The notes beneath the pieces are model-generated. The model saw only the letters and a list, made by a program, of their open reading frames with translations. It did not search any database and was not told the origin of the DNA. Shown one piece after another: positions 62,114-64,000 of a stretch of 64,000 nucleotides of DNA. Origin of the DNA: Camelus ferus. Lineage: Eukaryota. The stretch lies in contig NC_045697.1 in NCBI RefSeq assembly GCF_009834535.1, positions 21,268,001 through 21,332,000 on the forward strand, in the 5' to 3' direction. Positions within the stretch are counted from its first letter, which is position 1, and each line of letters starts with the position of its first letter. Made by a program: the position numbers and the translations under genes.

Positions 62114-62771
62114 TGTTAGAGCAGGCAGATAGCTAGATACGAGCAGGGAAAGGGGGACACAGACCAAATGGCAGGAACTGGGCAGAAAGGAGGGGCACAG
62201 GCCAAATGCAGGAAACCACACATCATGTAAGCACCAGGGGTCCCTGGGCCGAGAAAGAAAAGCAGGAAAACTTGGGCTGATAAGGGGTCACACCTTTTGA
62301 GGTGATGAGCGGCCTGGAGACTGACAAACAAAAGTGAGAAAAGGCAGGAATTTCCAGTGTCTGAATGTAACCTTTTGCTCATTATGCCCTCATTTCAGTA
62401 AAACTAGCTTTGCAGATTAGAAGTGCCCATCATGCACGACGCCATGACACTTCTGATCCAGACTAAATAAGGACAAAAATCCCTCCTCCTTTTGGGAAGG
62501 TGAAGTTGGGATGATAATCAGGGAATACAACCCCAAACCCTTCCCTCCCCAGTGAATATTCCGCCCATTCATTTTTACACCCTATGTAACTCACTTGCCA
62601 AAGAAACTCAGGGCAGCCACTCACCTGAGCCTGCCCGCTCTCCCCTGAGAGTGTACTATCCATCTTTTAACAAATTCTCACTTTACTTTTTTTTAACCAC
62701 GACACCTTGTCTCTAAATTCTTTCTGGGACAGGACCAGAACCTGGAACACCAGTTGCATCTACCGGTAACA
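62114..62771 (+). mobile_element. MER41/MER50-like ERV1 solo LTR (658 bp)
   Basis: tgttagagcaggcagatagctaga start; tgaatattccgccc; cctgcccgctctcccctgagagtgtact; ttgtctctaaattctttctg...agaacct...accggtaaca end; TSD GCTT/TCTT. Confidence 0.88.
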
Positions 62772-63684
62772 TCTTAGTTCTTTGTTCTTTGTACTTACAT
62801 ATTCCCTTTACATTATGTCTAAAGAAAATATTTTTAAAATATAAACTCTTCATATTCTAGTTCAAAAGCCATACTTGTTTCATGTAATAACATAAATGAT
62901 TCCTAACAGGACGATTGTTAGTTTTGCATAATGGTTGTGAGTCTAATTTAGATAGAGGGGGGAAATTATTTTTTTTAGATCAGATGTTTTAGATCAATTT
63001 GATTGGGATTTATTTAAACTGAATAAGTGATTTTATAAGAGGCTATTCAGAGAGTTGTGTTTTACGAAAAATAAAAGGAAAAAATATTGAGAGTGCTACA
63101 TAAGGATTTGTATTTTTTCCACTTAATTTAGTAAGTATACATTTGAAGTTAGTAGAACATTTCAATACAGTAACTTTAATATCTCACACTTGTTCTTAAG
63201 TATTATTTCTATTCTTATGTATTATTGACTGTGTATTAATTACTGAACTAGGAACTACATCAGAGAGGCAAAATCCAATTTGTTCAGCAAGACAAATGCC
63301 TATCACATCACCTGCCTCAAAATAGAGGATCAGAGCAGAAAGAACAAAGAATTACATGAATACAAAGTTAATAGAATCCACTATATTTTGAAGATCAATA
63401 TTTTCTAAACTAGTCTTAATGTTTTCGATCATACACTCTTTAGAATAATGCCCAAACTATATAACCTTAGGGAATATTGTTTGTGTACATGTATGTGTAA
63501 TTATTTGTCATAATTTTAAATAATTGAGTATAATTTCTGTTGTAGTATGACTATTGACATTTTTAAATGAAGTTAACAATCACTTTCCGTATATCCAATG
63601 TAATTGACATATCAGAGTAACTTTAATACCGTGATCATACCTTTAGTCAGTGATTTTATATCATTTGTTTTCTCCTTTAACAGA

Positions 63685-63790
63685 AATCCATGCATTCTTT
63701 AAAAAGAAGTATTGGGCATCTGCTGTGCATCAGTCGTTGTTCTAAGCACTTGACCTACGTGGCAGTGGTTCCTGCCTGTGTGCTCCAACT
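63685..63790 (-). mobile_element. L2 3' end
   Basis: tattgggcatctgctgtgcatcag...ttgttctaagcacttg...ggttcctgcc. Confidence 0.6.
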
Positions 63791-64000
63791 CTGCACAGCT
63801 CAGCTTTCTTCTAAATATCCTATGTAAGAGGCCCAGGCAAGCACACTTTTGTTCATCTGTAAAGAACGTGCTGTTCCTATGAGTCTGAATACCGAGGAAT
63901 TTTATAAATTAGCCTAAGTTTTTAAAGACATCCCAAATATCAGTATTTTCATCCAAAAAGCTTACAATTTAGAGTCTTTTTAATTTTGGAACTTAGATCA

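Noticed and set aside
1..64000. CRISPR array, prokaryotic operon or defence system, NUMT, endogenous viral coding sequence
   Set aside because: No repeat-spacer periodicity, no gene-dense ORFs, and no recognisable mitochondrial or gag/pol/env sequence; the DNA is mammalian repeat-rich non-coding sequence.

Overview
AT-rich, CpG-depleted mammalian non-coding DNA (intergenic or deep intronic). It is most likely from a camelid, because it carries a tRNA-Ala-derived vic-1-type SINE and camelid/artiodactyl-type L1 3' ends. I find no host protein-coding exon, RNA gene, CpG island, CRISPR array or viral gene. The ORF track is made of transposon remnants (L1 ORF1/ORF2, Tigger1 transposase) or chance ORFs. 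The window is a mosaic of L1, L2, MIR, MaLR/ERV LTRs, hAT MER58 elements and one near-complete Tigger1. I cannot support a new gene system. The most notable signals are atypical integration or repair events: an L1 with ORF1 joined directly to the ORF2 C-terminus (half-L1-like), an orphan TSD-flanked poly(A) insert of unrecognised sequence, an internally primed L1, two twin-primed inverted L1s, telomeric repeats inserted into a MER58A, and foreign filler inside Tigger1. There are also candidate CTCF sites and a HOX/PBX/MEIS motif cluster. Repeat family names come from recalled consensus sequences, not a database search, and boundaries of old repeats are approximate.
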